Of a DNA stretch of 64,000 bases, positions 1-9,494 are shown piece after piece; position 1 is the stretch's first letter; every line of letters begins with the position of its first letter. A program made the translations under genes and the position numbers. The notes below the pieces were generated by a model. It was not told the origin of the DNA. It saw nothing but the letters and a program-made list of their open reading frames with translations, and searched no databases. Source of the DNA: Candidatus Eiseniibacteriota bacterium (GTDB lineage Bacteria > Eisenbacteria > RBG-16-71-46 > CAZAMP01). The DNA lies in the NCBI GenBank assembly GCA_965224245.1, contig OZ245046.1, positions 2,112,001-2,176,000 of the forward strand, in the 5' to 3' direction.

Positions 1-184
1 CCCACAGGTCCTTCAGGGTCGCGTCGACGGCGCCGGCCGGGTACAAGATGGACGCACGGATCCCACGCACCAGCGACAGCTGAACGGTGTCGCCGAGAGA
101 GAGGAAGAGAATCGACAAGAACGTCGTCGTGGCGAGAGGGCCCCAGCTCTGCCACCAGTGGGCGGGAATGAACCGCCAGATCAT
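1..184 (-). CDS. mreC: Rod shape-determining protein MreC, N-terminal part (truncated by window edge)
   Basis: Manual translation MIWRFIPAHWWQSWGPLATTTFLSILFLSLGDTVQLSLVRGIRASILYPAGAVDATLKDLW; N-terminal TM helix; directly downstream of mreB on the same strand. Confidence 0.7.
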   Translation of the reverse strand, partial: MIWRFIPAHWWQSWGPLATTTFLSILFLSLGDTVQLSLVRGIRASILYPAGAVDATLKDLW

Positions 185-272
185 CGAATGCGTTCCTCGA
201 CCGAGTGGGACTTCGAGCCGCCCTCGAGCCCGCCCCCGGCGCGACGCGGGGTCGCGGGCCGGGGACGTGCCG

Positions 273-1304
273 TCAGCTCATGCTCCTCATGAGGACTTTC
301 TCGTACTCCTCGAACTTCTCGTGGATTCGACCGGCCCCGAGCACCACGCAGAGCAGGGGATCCTCGGCCACGAGGATGTTGAGGTTGGTGGCTTCCTTGA
401 GGAGCTGGTCGAGGCCGCGCAGGAGCGCGCCGCCGCCGGTGAGCACGATGCCGCGATCGACGATGTCGGCGGCGAGTTCGGGCGGCGTCCGCTCGAGCGT
501 CTGCTTGAGTGCCTCGACGATCGAGTCGATGGGCTCCTTCAGCGCTTCGCGCACCTCGACGCTGGAGATCTTGATGCTCTTGGGGATGCCCGTGATCAGA
601 TCGCGCCCCTTGATCTCCATCTCTTCTTCCGGGTCGATCGGAAACGCCGATCCGATCTTGATCTTGATCTGCTCGGCGGTCTGATCCCCGATCAGGACGT
701 TGTAGGCGCGCTTGACGTACTGGACCACGGCCTCGTCCGCCTTGTCGCCCGCGACGCGAACGCTGGTCGCGTTCACGATGCCGTTGAGCGTCATGACCGC
801 GATCTCGCTGGTGCCGCCCCCGATGTCCAGGATCATGTTGCCGCAGGGCTTGCTGACCGGCAGCCCCACGCCGATGGCCGCCGCGATCGGCTCGGGCACG
901 AGGTACACTTCGCGGGCCCCGGCCTGCTCGGCCGAGTCGCGGACGGCGCGCTTCTCGACCTCGGTGATGCCCGACGGAACCGAGATGATCACGCGCGGCC
1001 GCACCAGGAACCGCGACGTGATGACGCGGGAGATGAAGCGACGCAGGAGCTGCTCGGTGCTCTCGAAGTCGGCGATGACGCCGTCCTTCAACGGGCGAAC
1101 CGCCTCGATCGTGCCGGGCACCTTCCCGACCATCGCCTTGGCGTCCTTGCCCACCGCGACGACCTTGCCGGTACTCTTCTCGACCGCCACCACCGAGGGC
1201 TCGTTCAGCACGAGGCCCTGGCCCTTGACGTAGACGAGCGTGTTGGCAGTGCCCAGGTCGATCGCGATGTTGTTGGTAAACATCGTCTTGAGACGATTGA
1301 ACAC
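273..1304 (-). CDS. mreB: Rod shape-determining actin MreB
   Basis: IAIDLGTANT, RPLKDGVIADF, DIGGGTSE, LTGGGALL motifs; GTG start at 1304 with GAAGAGGA RBS. Confidence 0.97.
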   Translation of the reverse strand: MFNRLKTMFTNNIAIDLGTANTLVYVKGQGLVLNEPSVVAVEKSTGKVVAVGKDAKAMVGKVPGTIEAVRPLKDGVIADFESTEQLLRRFISRVITSRFLVRPRVIISVPSGITEVEKRAVRDSAEQAGAREVYLVPEPIAAAIGVGLPVSKPCGNMILDIGGGTSEIAVMTLNGIVNATSVRVAGDKADEAVVQYVKRAYNVLIGDQTAEQIKIKIGSAFPIDPEEEMEIKGRDLITGIPKSIKISSVEVREALKEPIDSIVEALKQTLERTPPELAADIVDRGIVLTGGGALLRGLDQLLKEATNLNILVAEDPLLCVVLGAGRIHEKFEEYEKVLMRSMS

Positions 1305-1459
1305 GCTGGCGTTCCTCTTCATGGTGGTCGTCATCGCGGGGTGGGATCCTTTCGGTAGGAAGCGCGGCGACAATCGCCGCGGAACGTATCAGCCCCTTCC
1401 GTACAGCCGCAATACCTTTTCAATCGGACCACTCGCGTAACATCCTGAATCCGCTGATC

Positions 1460-1488
1460 TTGACCGGCCACACCGTCGGTGCTAGCGT
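1460..1488 (+). promoter_or_regulatory. Putative sigma70 promoter
   Basis: TTGACC-N17-TAGCGT with extended -10 TG, upstream of the 1637 gene. Confidence 0.45.
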
Positions 1489-1636
1489 CCGTCCCCCGAC
1501 GCACCCGACGTCGTGACACGGCGTTCCGGCGATCGCGGCGGGAACCGCCGCGCGAGATCGCGGTTCAGACGGCTATGGACTCCAATCCTCGTCTCAGCGC
1601 CGCGCGGTGCGGCGCGCGAAACGGAAGGGTCGATCG

Positions 1637-2089
1637 ATGAAGCACTTCCTCATCGCCGTGACGGCGATCGCCCTGGCCGTCGGTCTCGCCGCGGGCCCGG
1701 CCTCGGCCCAGGACGAGCTGACCGGCTACACCGGCGTCGTCCGCGTTCAGGGGCAGCTCGACGGCTCACCCGCCGCGACGGTTCGCGCCTACGTCAGCGG
1801 CTTGCTGGTCGCCGAGGCCGAAGCCGGTCCCACGGGGTCGTACACGATCGAGTTCGAGGTCTCGGGCGCGGTCGATCAGACCGTGGTCGTCTGGTTCATC
1901 CCCTCGGACGAGGACAAGGTGCCCGATCTCCTGATCCTGAAGGAGAGCTCGCGGGCCCGACGCAACCAGGTGTGGAACCCGTGTCTGCCGCGCGCCAAGG
2001 CCCAGGACCTCGTGCTGTACGACTGCCAGTTCAAGAGCGAGAAGGACTACTTCGACGCCCTCGAGGGCAACGACTGCTGGAACGAGTAG
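1637..2089 (+). CDS. Secreted hypothetical protein (small beta-rich domain)
   Basis: Sec signal MKHFLIAVTAIALAVGLAAGPASA; GC3-rich codon pattern; GGAAGGG RBS. Confidence 0.8.
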   Translation: MKHFLIAVTAIALAVGLAAGPASAQDELTGYTGVVRVQGQLDGSPAATVRAYVSGLLVAEAEAGPTGSYTIEFEVSGAVDQTVVVWFIPSDEDKVPDLLILKESSRARRNQVWNPCLPRAKAQDLVLYDCQFKSEKDYFDALEGNDCWNE

Positions 2090-2135
2090 TCACGCCCGGG
2101 CCGGCCGCCGCCCGGCCGATCCGACGGGCCGGGAC

Positions 2136-2960
2136 CTACATGGCCCTCGCGCGATAGGCGGCACGGAACCGATCGGCCAGGTCGGCATCGCGCCCCTCGG
2201 CCCACTCCCCGACGCGTACCCACGCTCTCGCGTGAATGAACCGGTCCCGGTCCAGCGCCAGACCGACGTGGCTGGCCCGCTCGCCCTCACCCCAGAAGAT
2301 CACGTCGCCGGGGCGAAGGTCGGCCCGCTGGACGCGATCGCCGCGGGTGCGAAACCACTCCTCCTGCTGCCACGAATCGCGTGGCGCCGGCAGCCCGCCG
2401 GCGACCAGCGCCATCTGGACGAGGCCCGAACAGTCGACGCCGCTCGGCGTGCGCCCGCCCCATCGGTACGGGGTGCCCAGGAGCGCCGAGGCCAGCGCCA
2501 GCGACGTGGTTCCGACGTGAACGTCGTCGGCGTAGAACGGTCGTTCGGCGTCGGCGGGCACCTCGCCCGGCGTGCCGTCCGGGAGCACCACCGCATGTCC
2601 GCGGTGCGAGCGCCCTTCGCGGCGCAGGACGCCCCCGTACACCCAGGTCCGGATGGGGACCCCTTCGCGCGTGCGAACGATCGTCTCGCGCGCGCCGACG
2701 CGCACCGGAGACGGTCCGGGCCAGGTCGTGTCGACCCGGACGGTCTGCTCGGCGGGGACCCAGCCGGAGTATCGGTCGGGCATCGTCACGCGGAGCCACG
2801 TGTCGCCGTCCACGACGCGGACCTCCCCGACGTCGAGGGGCTCGCCGCCGAGCGCTTCCGAGACGCGCTCGGTCGCGCGGCTCGGCTCTCTTCGGAGCGC
2901 GACCAGCCCGACGTTGGGCGCCACGCGGGAGGTGTCGTTCCAATCGGTTGGTGATGTCAT
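2136..2960 (-). CDS. SH3 + NlpC/P60 (C40) peptidoglycan peptidase
   Basis: LGTPYRWGGRTPSGVDCSGL catalytic Cys, HVGL, FIHA; N-terminal SH3-like YSGWV; 4-nt overlap with upstream gene. Confidence 0.9.
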   Translation of the reverse strand: MTSPTDWNDTSRVAPNVGLVALRREPSRATERVSEALGGEPLDVGEVRVVDGDTWLRVTMPDRYSGWVPAEQTVRVDTTWPGPSPVRVGARETIVRTREGVPIRTWVYGGVLRREGRSHRGHAVVLPDGTPGEVPADAERPFYADDVHVGTTSLALASALLGTPYRWGGRTPSGVDCSGLVQMALVAGGLPAPRDSWQQEEWFRTRGDRVQRADLRPGDVIFWGEGERASHVGLALDRDRFIHARAWVRVGEWAEGRDADLADRFRAAYRARAM

Positions 2961-4321
2961 CGGAACACCTGTACCAAGTGATAGTCGCCGAGGCCGATCT
3001 CGTCGACGAACCGGAATTCGCGCCCGAGCGCCGCGTAATACCACACCTCGACCCACGGGCGCCCGCCGCTGGACGGAGTCCGGTCGATTCGATCAGGGTG
3101 TCCGTTCTGAAGCAACACGAAACCGCGATCGGTCTTCCAGCCCGGCTGCGTTCCCGTGCCGAAGTGCTGGTTCGCGAAGCGCAGCCGTCGAAAGAAGTCG
3201 TCGCGGTACTCGTTGGTCGGCGTGCTCGGATCCGGATCCCGCTCGGCCCAGAACGCGGCCCAGGCCTCGGCGCGATCCTCGGGGGCGACGTTGCGCAGTT
3301 CGTCCAGCTCGTCGTCGCTCGCGATCGCGTCGATGATCTCCAGCGTCTCGCTGAAGCCGGTACGCAGCGAGAGCAGCGACTCGTCGGCGCTGAACCAGAT
3401 CTCGCGGTAGATCTCGTGGCTCTCTCGCGGGATCTTGACGCTCACCTCGACCCGGTAGTCGCCGAAGCCGAGGCTTCCCGTGTCGAGGGGCAGCATCACC
3501 AGCGTGCGGAACCCCTCGCAGGGCAGCTCCTCGGTCCGCGCCTGGAGCGTGCGCTCGTAGTCGTCCACGAGCCGATAGCTCACCCGGTAGCGCTCGCGGC
3601 AGCCGTGGGGCGCGTAGAGCTCCCCGACCAGGGTCAGCGACGTGGCGTCCCGGCCCACCACGCGGCTCACGATCGGGAACCCGAGATCGCCGGCCGGTCG
3701 GGCCACGATGCGACTCGCCGGCTCGGCCGATAGATACATCGTGCTCAGGGTGAACGGGGACTCCGAGATCGAGTCGATCCGGAGATCGCGCTTCACGCGC
3801 GAACGCCGTTCGGTTCCGGGTTGTCCGAGCTCCACCTGGAGCTGATACCGGCCCGGGTCGAGCCGGATGGGAATGACCTGCAGCACGTGCCGATCCTCGG
3901 ACACCGGATCGTCCACCGTGACCGACTGGGTCAGGACGTCGCCGTCCACCTGCGTGCCGCCGCGCCGAACCTGCCACGCCACCACGTACTCGGTGGACGT
4001 CTCCCCGGGCTCGAAGAACAGGTGCGTGACCGCCAGGTCGAGTGTGATCCAGACCGTGCCCTGGTCGCTGCCCTCGGTGTGGAAGACGAGAACGTCGGCC
4101 GTGAAGGGGTGGTTGCCGGCCGCCTCGAGAGGCGGCGGCTCCGCCCCCGCGGGACGGGGGCCGCCGATTGCGATCAGGGCCGCCAGAACAGCGACGCCGA
4201 GCGCGTGGTGGCCGCTCCACCGTCGCGCACGCGGCCCGGCGCGGCGCGAGGGGTGGCGACGCCGTCCGCGCCGAATGCCGGGGATCCGGTGCGCCGGCGT
4301 CGAAACGTCCGCTGTCGACAT
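2957..4321 (-). CDS. GWxTD domain-containing secreted protein
   Basis: FWAERDPDPSTPTNEY...RLRFAN...GWKTDRG...GHPD...EVWYY; signal-like hydrophobic segment. Confidence 0.9.
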   Translation of the reverse strand: MSTADVSTPAHRIPGIRRGRRRHPSRRAGPRARRWSGHHALGVAVLAALIAIGGPRPAGAEPPPLEAAGNHPFTADVLVFHTEGSDQGTVWITLDLAVTHLFFEPGETSTEYVVAWQVRRGGTQVDGDVLTQSVTVDDPVSEDRHVLQVIPIRLDPGRYQLQVELGQPGTERRSRVKRDLRIDSISESPFTLSTMYLSAEPASRIVARPAGDLGFPIVSRVVGRDATSLTLVGELYAPHGCRERYRVSYRLVDDYERTLQARTEELPCEGFRTLVMLPLDTGSLGFGDYRVEVSVKIPRESHEIYREIWFSADESLLSLRTGFSETLEIIDAIASDDELDELRNVAPEDRAEAWAAFWAERDPDPSTPTNEYRDDFFRRLRFANQHFGTGTQPGWKTDRGFVLLQNGHPDRIDRTPSSGGRPWVEVWYYAALGREFRFVDEIGLGDYHLVQVFR

Positions 4322-4337
4322 CGAGGTCACTCCGATC

Positions 4338-5219
4338 TCATCCGTATGCGCGCCGGACGGTCTCTGTCAGCAGTCGGCGAAACGAGGCCGAAACCTTACC
4401 CGCGATCTCGGTGACCTCGTCGTGTGTGAGCTTGTGGGGCGAGAGGCCCGTGCCGAGGTTGCTGATGCACGAGATGGCCAGCACCTCCGGACCCGACAGT
4501 CGCGCCGCGATCGCCTCGGGCACGGTGGACATGCAGGCCGCATCGCCCCCCAACCACCGGTACAGCCGGACCTCGGCCGGGGTTTCGTACGAGGGACCGC
4601 GTCCGAACACGAGACACCCTTCGCGAAGCGCGATTCCGGTCGCGGCCGCCGCCTCGTGGGCGGCCGCGCGCAGACGTGGCGAGTAGAGCCAGTCACCGCC
4701 GAGTGCATCCCCACGGGCACCGCCGCGGCCCGCGGGCACGAGCGAGGCGACGTCGCCGCCGGCGATCGTCGGGGTCAGCCCGAGGCTGATGTGGTCGGCC
4801 ACGAGCATCAGGCTTCCGGGCGTCAGATCCGACCGCATCGCGCCGGCCGCGTTGGTCAGCACGACGCCCCGCACCCCGAGGGCGGCCATCACGCGCACCA
4901 TGTGCGTCACGGCCCCTGCGTCGTATCCCTCGTACCGATGTACGCGCCCCTGGAGCACCACGACCGGCACGCCCTCGACCCGACCCGCCACCACCCGACC
5001 CGCGTGACCGGCGACGGTGCTCACCGGCACGTGGGGCAGCGCGTCGGTCGGGACCGCGCGGGCGTCGTCCAGGGCGTCGGCGAACGGGCCCAGGCCCGAG
5101 CCGAGGACGACGCCGGCCCGGGGCTCGGCCTCGTCGGAGAGGCCGAGCGCGTCCCGCACCGCATCGGCGGTCTCACGAACCCGACGAGGCGGGACGACCC
5201 GGTCCAACGCGACCTCCAC
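4338..5219 (-). CDS. punA: Purine-nucleoside phosphorylase (trimeric PunA/XapA type)
   Basis: LGSGLG, GHAG, QGRVHRYEGY, TNAAG, GPSYETPAE, MSTVPE, ISNLG, THDEV. Confidence 0.93.
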   Translation of the reverse strand: MEVALDRVVPPRRVRETADAVRDALGLSDEAEPRAGVVLGSGLGPFADALDDARAVPTDALPHVPVSTVAGHAGRVVAGRVEGVPVVVLQGRVHRYEGYDAGAVTHMVRVMAALGVRGVVLTNAAGAMRSDLTPGSLMLVADHISLGLTPTIAGGDVASLVPAGRGGARGDALGGDWLYSPRLRAAAHEAAAATGIALREGCLVFGRGPSYETPAEVRLYRWLGGDAACMSTVPEAIAARLSGPEVLAISCISNLGTGLSPHKLTHDEVTEIAGKVSASFRRLLTETVRRAYG

Positions 5220-6945
5220 GTGGTCTCTGGATGCCGAACTTCTTCATCTTGTACCGCAGGTTTCGCTCGGAGATCCCCAGCTCGCCGGCGGCGCGCGTCT
5301 GGATCCAGTCGTGCTTCTCGAGGGCCTGAACCAGCGCCGTCTGTTCGAGATCCTCGAGGGTGGCCCCGTCCAGGGAGAGCGAGCGTCCATCCCCGTCTCC
5401 GGCGGCCCGTACCTCGGGAGAGAGCAGATCGACGTCGATCGTCTCGTCCTGACTCAGCACCAGGGCGCGGGAGATCACGTTCTCGAGCTCTCGTACGTTG
5501 CCCGGCCAGTCGTACTTGCAGAGCGCATCCAGCGCGGCCGGCGTCAGCCGGCGCCCGGGGCTCTCGAACTGCTGTCCCAGCGTGGACAGAAAGTGATCGG
5601 CCAGGAGCGGGATGTCCTCGGGACGGTCGCGGAGCGCGGGCAGCGTCAGCTCGATCACCTTGAGCCGGTAGTAGAGGTCCTCGCGGAATCGCTTCTCGGC
5701 GATCGCGTTCTCCAGGTCGATGTTGGTGGCGGCGATGATCCGGACGTCCACGTCGATGGACTTGCGTCCCCCGACGCGCTCGAACTGCTTCTCCTGGACG
5801 ACGCGGAGCACCTTGGCCTGCACGACGAGGCTCATGTCGCCGATCTCGTCCAGGAACAGCGTGCCTCCGTTCGCCTGCTCGAACTTCCCGGCACGCCCCT
5901 CCACACCGGTGGCGGTGCCCTTCTCGATCCCGAAGAGCTCGGACTCGATCAACGTCTCGGGCAACGCCGCGCAGTTCACCGACACGAAGGGACCCGTGCG
6001 CGTGCCCTGGTAGTGGATGACCTTCGCGATCAGCTCCTTGCCGGTGCCGTTCTCTCCCCGGATCAAGACGCTGACCGGTTTTCGTCCCACTCGTTCGGCC
6101 AGGGCGAACACGTCGCGCATGGGTCGCGATCGGCCGATGATCCCGTGGAACGAGAACCGATCGGAGACCTCGGCGCGCAGGCGCGCGTTCTCCTCGGCCA
6201 GGCGAGATTCCTCGTGGCGCACCCGGGCGAACGCGAGGGAGTTGCGGAACGCCACGCCGGCATGGTCGCAGAACATGCGCAGGAAGGTGCGATCGGACTC
6301 GTCGAAGAGACCCTTCACCGAGCGGCTCTCGAGATACACGACGCCGTAGACCTCGCCGTCCAGCAGGATGGGCGCGGCGAGGACCGAGAGGATCTGCAGC
6401 GCGACCACGGACTGCTTCGAGCGCAGCGCGTCGTCGTCGAGCGCGTTTCGCGTGTAGTACGGCTCGCGGGTCTCGCGCACCTTCGCGACCACGGTCTGGC
6501 TGATCTCCCGCTCGGCGCCCTCGATCGTCTGCTGGTCCACGTTGCGGGCGGCCCGGATCACGAGATCGTCGCCGGCGCTCAGGAAGAAGAACCCGCGCTC
6601 GGCGCGCGAGTGCTCGATCACGAGATCCATGACCACGTCGAACAGCTCGTCCTCTTCGAGGACGGCCGACAGCGTCCGTGTCACCTCGAGGATCGTCCGC
6701 GCCATCGTCTCCGCCGCGCCGTCGCCGCCGGGCGCCTCGGTCCGGAGCTCGGGGAGCAGCGTCTCGCGTCCCTCACGCAGCAGCTGGTCCAGCCGACTCA
6801 GGGCCAGCCGGACCGTCTCGATCTCCGACCCGGTGATCGGCGCGTTCGGGTCCACCCCAGAGGCGAACTCGGCGGCCCGTCGCACGAGGCGATGCGCCTG
6901 ATCGATCAGCTGGTCGAGACGCGCGAGCGCATCGGTGGACGACAT
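5173..6945 (-). CDS. GAF + AAA+ (sigma54-interaction type) + Fis-HTH transcriptional regulator
   Basis: GAF domain; GENGTGKE, VNCAAL, TLFLDEIG, IIAATN, FREDLYYRL, WPGNVRELEN; C-terminal HTH; ATG 6945 with AAGGGGAAGG RBS. Confidence 0.92.
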   Translation of the reverse strand: MSSTDALARLDQLIDQAHRLVRRAAEFASGVDPNAPITGSEIETVRLALSRLDQLLREGRETLLPELRTEAPGGDGAAETMARTILEVTRTLSAVLEEDELFDVVMDLVIEHSRAERGFFFLSAGDDLVIRAARNVDQQTIEGAEREISQTVVAKVRETREPYYTRNALDDDALRSKQSVVALQILSVLAAPILLDGEVYGVVYLESRSVKGLFDESDRTFLRMFCDHAGVAFRNSLAFARVRHEESRLAEENARLRAEVSDRFSFHGIIGRSRPMRDVFALAERVGRKPVSVLIRGENGTGKELIAKVIHYQGTRTGPFVSVNCAALPETLIESELFGIEKGTATGVEGRAGKFEQANGGTLFLDEIGDMSLVVQAKVLRVVQEKQFERVGGRKSIDVDVRIIAATNIDLENAIAEKRFREDLYYRLKVIELTLPALRDRPEDIPLLADHFLSTLGQQFESPGRRLTPAALDALCKYDWPGNVRELENVISRALVLSQDETIDVDLLSPEVRAAGDGDGRSLSLDGATLEDLEQTALVQALEKHDWIQTRAAGELGISERNLRYKMKKFGIQRPRGGRVGPGRPASSGS

Positions 6946-7001
6946 GGCGAGACCTTCCCCTTTCCGATGACGCGCCCGGTCAGTGAGCGGCCGGGGCGCG
7001 C

Positions 7002-8186
7002 TCAGGTGACGCGGAGCCGCTCCCAGACCCGTCGTGGCCAGTCTCGCACGCCACGCACGCGTGCGCGCACGCTTCCCGACGCCGGCACGCCCGCCGCCGC
7101 GCAGTCGAGCAGTCCCAGGAGGCCGACCAGCGTCGAGTCGTCGTGCGCCGCGGGGGCGAACGCGTCGGGCACCCGGGCGCGACGGACCGACGTCCGCGCG
7201 ACGCGCTCGGCGCGCTCGGTGGCGCCGGGGGCCTCGGCCGGCACACCGGCGATGACCCAGCCGCCGATCGTCGGCGGATGCTCGAGCCCCGCCCAGGTGT
7301 TGTCGAGGGCGCGACGAGCGGCCTGAAGCGTATCGTCGATGAAGTCGGCCACGATCCGCGAGAGCGGATCGCCGGCCGGCGAGACCGGCATCGTGGGCAC
7401 CCGCCGACGCGCCTCGTCGGGCGTCATGGGAACCTCCAGCGCCAGCGCACTGGCCAGGGCCGAGAATCCCGGCTCGATGCTGCGATGGTAATAGAGACGG
7501 CGATCGCTGAAGACCGACAGCCGTGACGCGTCCCAGGCGATCTCGAGGTGTGCGGTCCCCTGGCGTCGCTCGTAGTCGGTCAGCGCGAACGGTGCCGCCG
7601 CCACGGACCCGAGCACGAGCTCGGCGCCGGTCAGCCCCAGCTCGTCGAACACGTCCTGGTAGTCGGCGTACGGGGCGGACTGCGCGTAGATCCCCAGCGC
7701 CTCGATGCCGAGCACGTCGCCCCGGAGCCCGACCGGGTTGTCGGTCTCGCGGTACTCGTCCAAAACGAAACGCCACGGCAGCACCTGCAGGAGCGCCCGA
7801 TCGTCGGCGGCCCGTCTCGCGGTGTCGTGGACGAGGCGTGCGACGTCGTCGTCGGTCAGAGGACCGCCGGGCGGCAGCTCGCAGGATCGGGTCAGAAACT
7901 GGATCTCGATGAACGATCCGTGCACCCCGCACACGATCCGGTCGAGGGGCTGCGTCGCCGAGACGCGCTCGAGGCTCGTGACCAGGCGATCGAGGGCGTC
8001 GGCGAAGGCGGCGGCGTCGGCCACCGTCCCACCCCTGAGGCCCGCGCTCTCGGTCTGCTCGACGAAGTCGAGGGTTGCCAGGCGTCCCTCGCGTGCGCGA
8101 CCGACTGCCAGCGTGAGCTTGTCCTCGTCGAAGGTCAGGGCCGCGATCTTCCGCGAGCGCTCCGGATCACGTGAGGACAACGGCAT
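7002..8186 (-). CDS. Divergent FtsA-like (actin-fold) protein
   Basis: SAGLRGGTVADAAA, LQVLPWRFVLDEYRETDNPVGLRGDVL (FtsA 1C subdomain), ALTDYERRQG; ATP-binding loops degenerate. Confidence 0.75.
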   Translation of the reverse strand: MPLSSRDPERSRKIAALTFDEDKLTLAVGRAREGRLATLDFVEQTESAGLRGGTVADAAAFADALDRLVTSLERVSATQPLDRIVCGVHGSFIEIQFLTRSCELPPGGPLTDDDVARLVHDTARRAADDRALLQVLPWRFVLDEYRETDNPVGLRGDVLGIEALGIYAQSAPYADYQDVFDELGLTGAELVLGSVAAAPFALTDYERRQGTAHLEIAWDASRLSVFSDRRLYYHRSIEPGFSALASALALEVPMTPDEARRRVPTMPVSPAGDPLSRIVADFIDDTLQAARRALDNTWAGLEHPPTIGGWVIAGVPAEAPGATERAERVARTSVRRARVPDAFAPAAHDDSTLVGLLGLLDCAAAGVPASGSVRARVRGVRDWPRRVWERLRVT

Positions 8187-8276
8187 CTCGCCCCTGTGTT
8201 TCGCGCGTACGTGCGCGTTTTCGCCGGCCGCCGCCGTCACCGGTCCCGGCGCGGCCCGGGCGGCGCGCACCAGCCG

Positions 8277-8307
8277 TTGACCCGCAAACCCGTGGGACTG
8301 CTAGAAT
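8277..8307 (+). promoter_or_regulatory. Putative extended -10 sigma70 promoter
   Basis: TTGACC at 8277 and TGcTAGAAT at 8299-8307 upstream of the DUF362 gene. Confidence 0.5.
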
Positions 8308-8370
8308 GACCGGCTTCGAAGGACACGTCAGCCGCAATTTAGCCTATTCGGCGATGAGGAGTACAGCCCC

Positions 8371-9486
8371 ATGGCGAAGTCCAAGGTCGTGGTGATCAAG
8401 ACGACACCCGAAACCGTCGTGGACGACTACGTGCGCGGCATGAAGCTCGCGGGCGTGGACACGGCGATCGACAGGTCGGCCACGACCATTCTGAAGGACA
8501 ACATCTCCTGGCACTTCCCGTTCCCGGGCGCGAACACGACGCCCTGGCAGCTGGAAGCGGCCATCGTGGGGTTGAGATCGTTCGGGAACGCCGACCTCGT
8601 GTGCGTGCAGAACAAGACCGTCGTCACCGACGCCCACAAGGGCGAGCGACTCAATCACTACGACTCGGTCTTCGAGGCCTACGACCTGCCCGTCCTCTAC
8701 AACTTCAAGAAGTCCGACATGACCTGGTCGACGTACCAGCCCAAGGCTCGGATGCGGATCCTCCCTCACATCTATCCCGAGGGGATCCTGATTCCCGACT
8801 ACTTCTTCGGAAAGAACATCGTCCACCTCCCCACCGTGAAGACGCACATCTACACGACCACCACCGGCGCCATGAAGAACGCGTTCGGGGGTCTCTTGAA
8901 CACGCGGCGGCACTACACGCACAGCGTCATCCACGACACGCTGGTGGATCTGCTCGCGATCCAGAAGGAGATCCACCCCGCGGTGGTGGCGATGATGGAC
9001 GGAACCACCGCGGGATCGGGACCGGGGCCGCGCACGATGACGCCGCACGAGAAGGACGTGATTCTCGTCTCCACCGACTCGGTGGCCATCGACGCCATCG
9101 CGGCCAAGATGATGGGCATCGATCCGATGAGCCTGAAGTACATCGCGCACGCGCACGAGGACGGGCTCGGCTGCGGCGACGTCCGCGACGTCGAGGTGAT
9201 CGGCGAGGACATCTCGAACGTGAACTGGAAGTTCAGCGTGGGCAACAACGGAGCCAGCCGCGTGGGCAACGTGATGTGGTTCGGGCCGCTCAAGTCGATC
9301 CAGAAGGTGTTCTTCCACACGCCGCTGGTGAACGTGTTCGTGATGGGGTCGTTCCTGTACCACGACTACGTCTGGTGGCCGACGTACGGCACGCGCATCT
9401 TCTCGGAGTGGCGAAAGACCAAGTGGGGCCGCCTGTTCGATCAGTACCAGTCGTCGGTGCCCTCCCGCCCGACAGCCGCCTCGTAG
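8371..9486 (+). CDS. DUF362 family protein
   Basis: ILKDNISW, HLPTVKTH..TTTTGAMKNAFG, DGT.AG.GPGP, DSVAIDA; GAGGAG RBS. Confidence 0.85.
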   Translation: MAKSKVVVIKTTPETVVDDYVRGMKLAGVDTAIDRSATTILKDNISWHFPFPGANTTPWQLEAAIVGLRSFGNADLVCVQNKTVVTDAHKGERLNHYDSVFEAYDLPVLYNFKKSDMTWSTYQPKARMRILPHIYPEGILIPDYFFGKNIVHLPTVKTHIYTTTTGAMKNAFGGLLNTRRHYTHSVIHDTLVDLLAIQKEIHPAVVAMMDGTTAGSGPGPRTMTPHEKDVILVSTDSVAIDAIAAKMMGIDPMSLKYIAHAHEDGLGCGDVRDVEVIGEDISNVNWKFSVGNNGASRVGNVMWFGPLKSIQKVFFHTPLVNVFVMGSFLYHDYVWWPTYGTRIFSEWRKTKWGRLFDQYQSSVPSRPTAAS

Positions 9487-9494
9487 GCGTCGAC

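Noticed and set aside
5173-7932. Apparent long N-terminal extensions or fusions in the ORF track (919-aa regulator, 832-aa ABC ATPase, 1312-aa, 1195-aa PilB, 654-aa DUF58, 397-aa DeoC)
   Set aside because: The extensions overlap upstream genes in another frame; internal starts with RBS or stop-start overlaps explain the real proteins.
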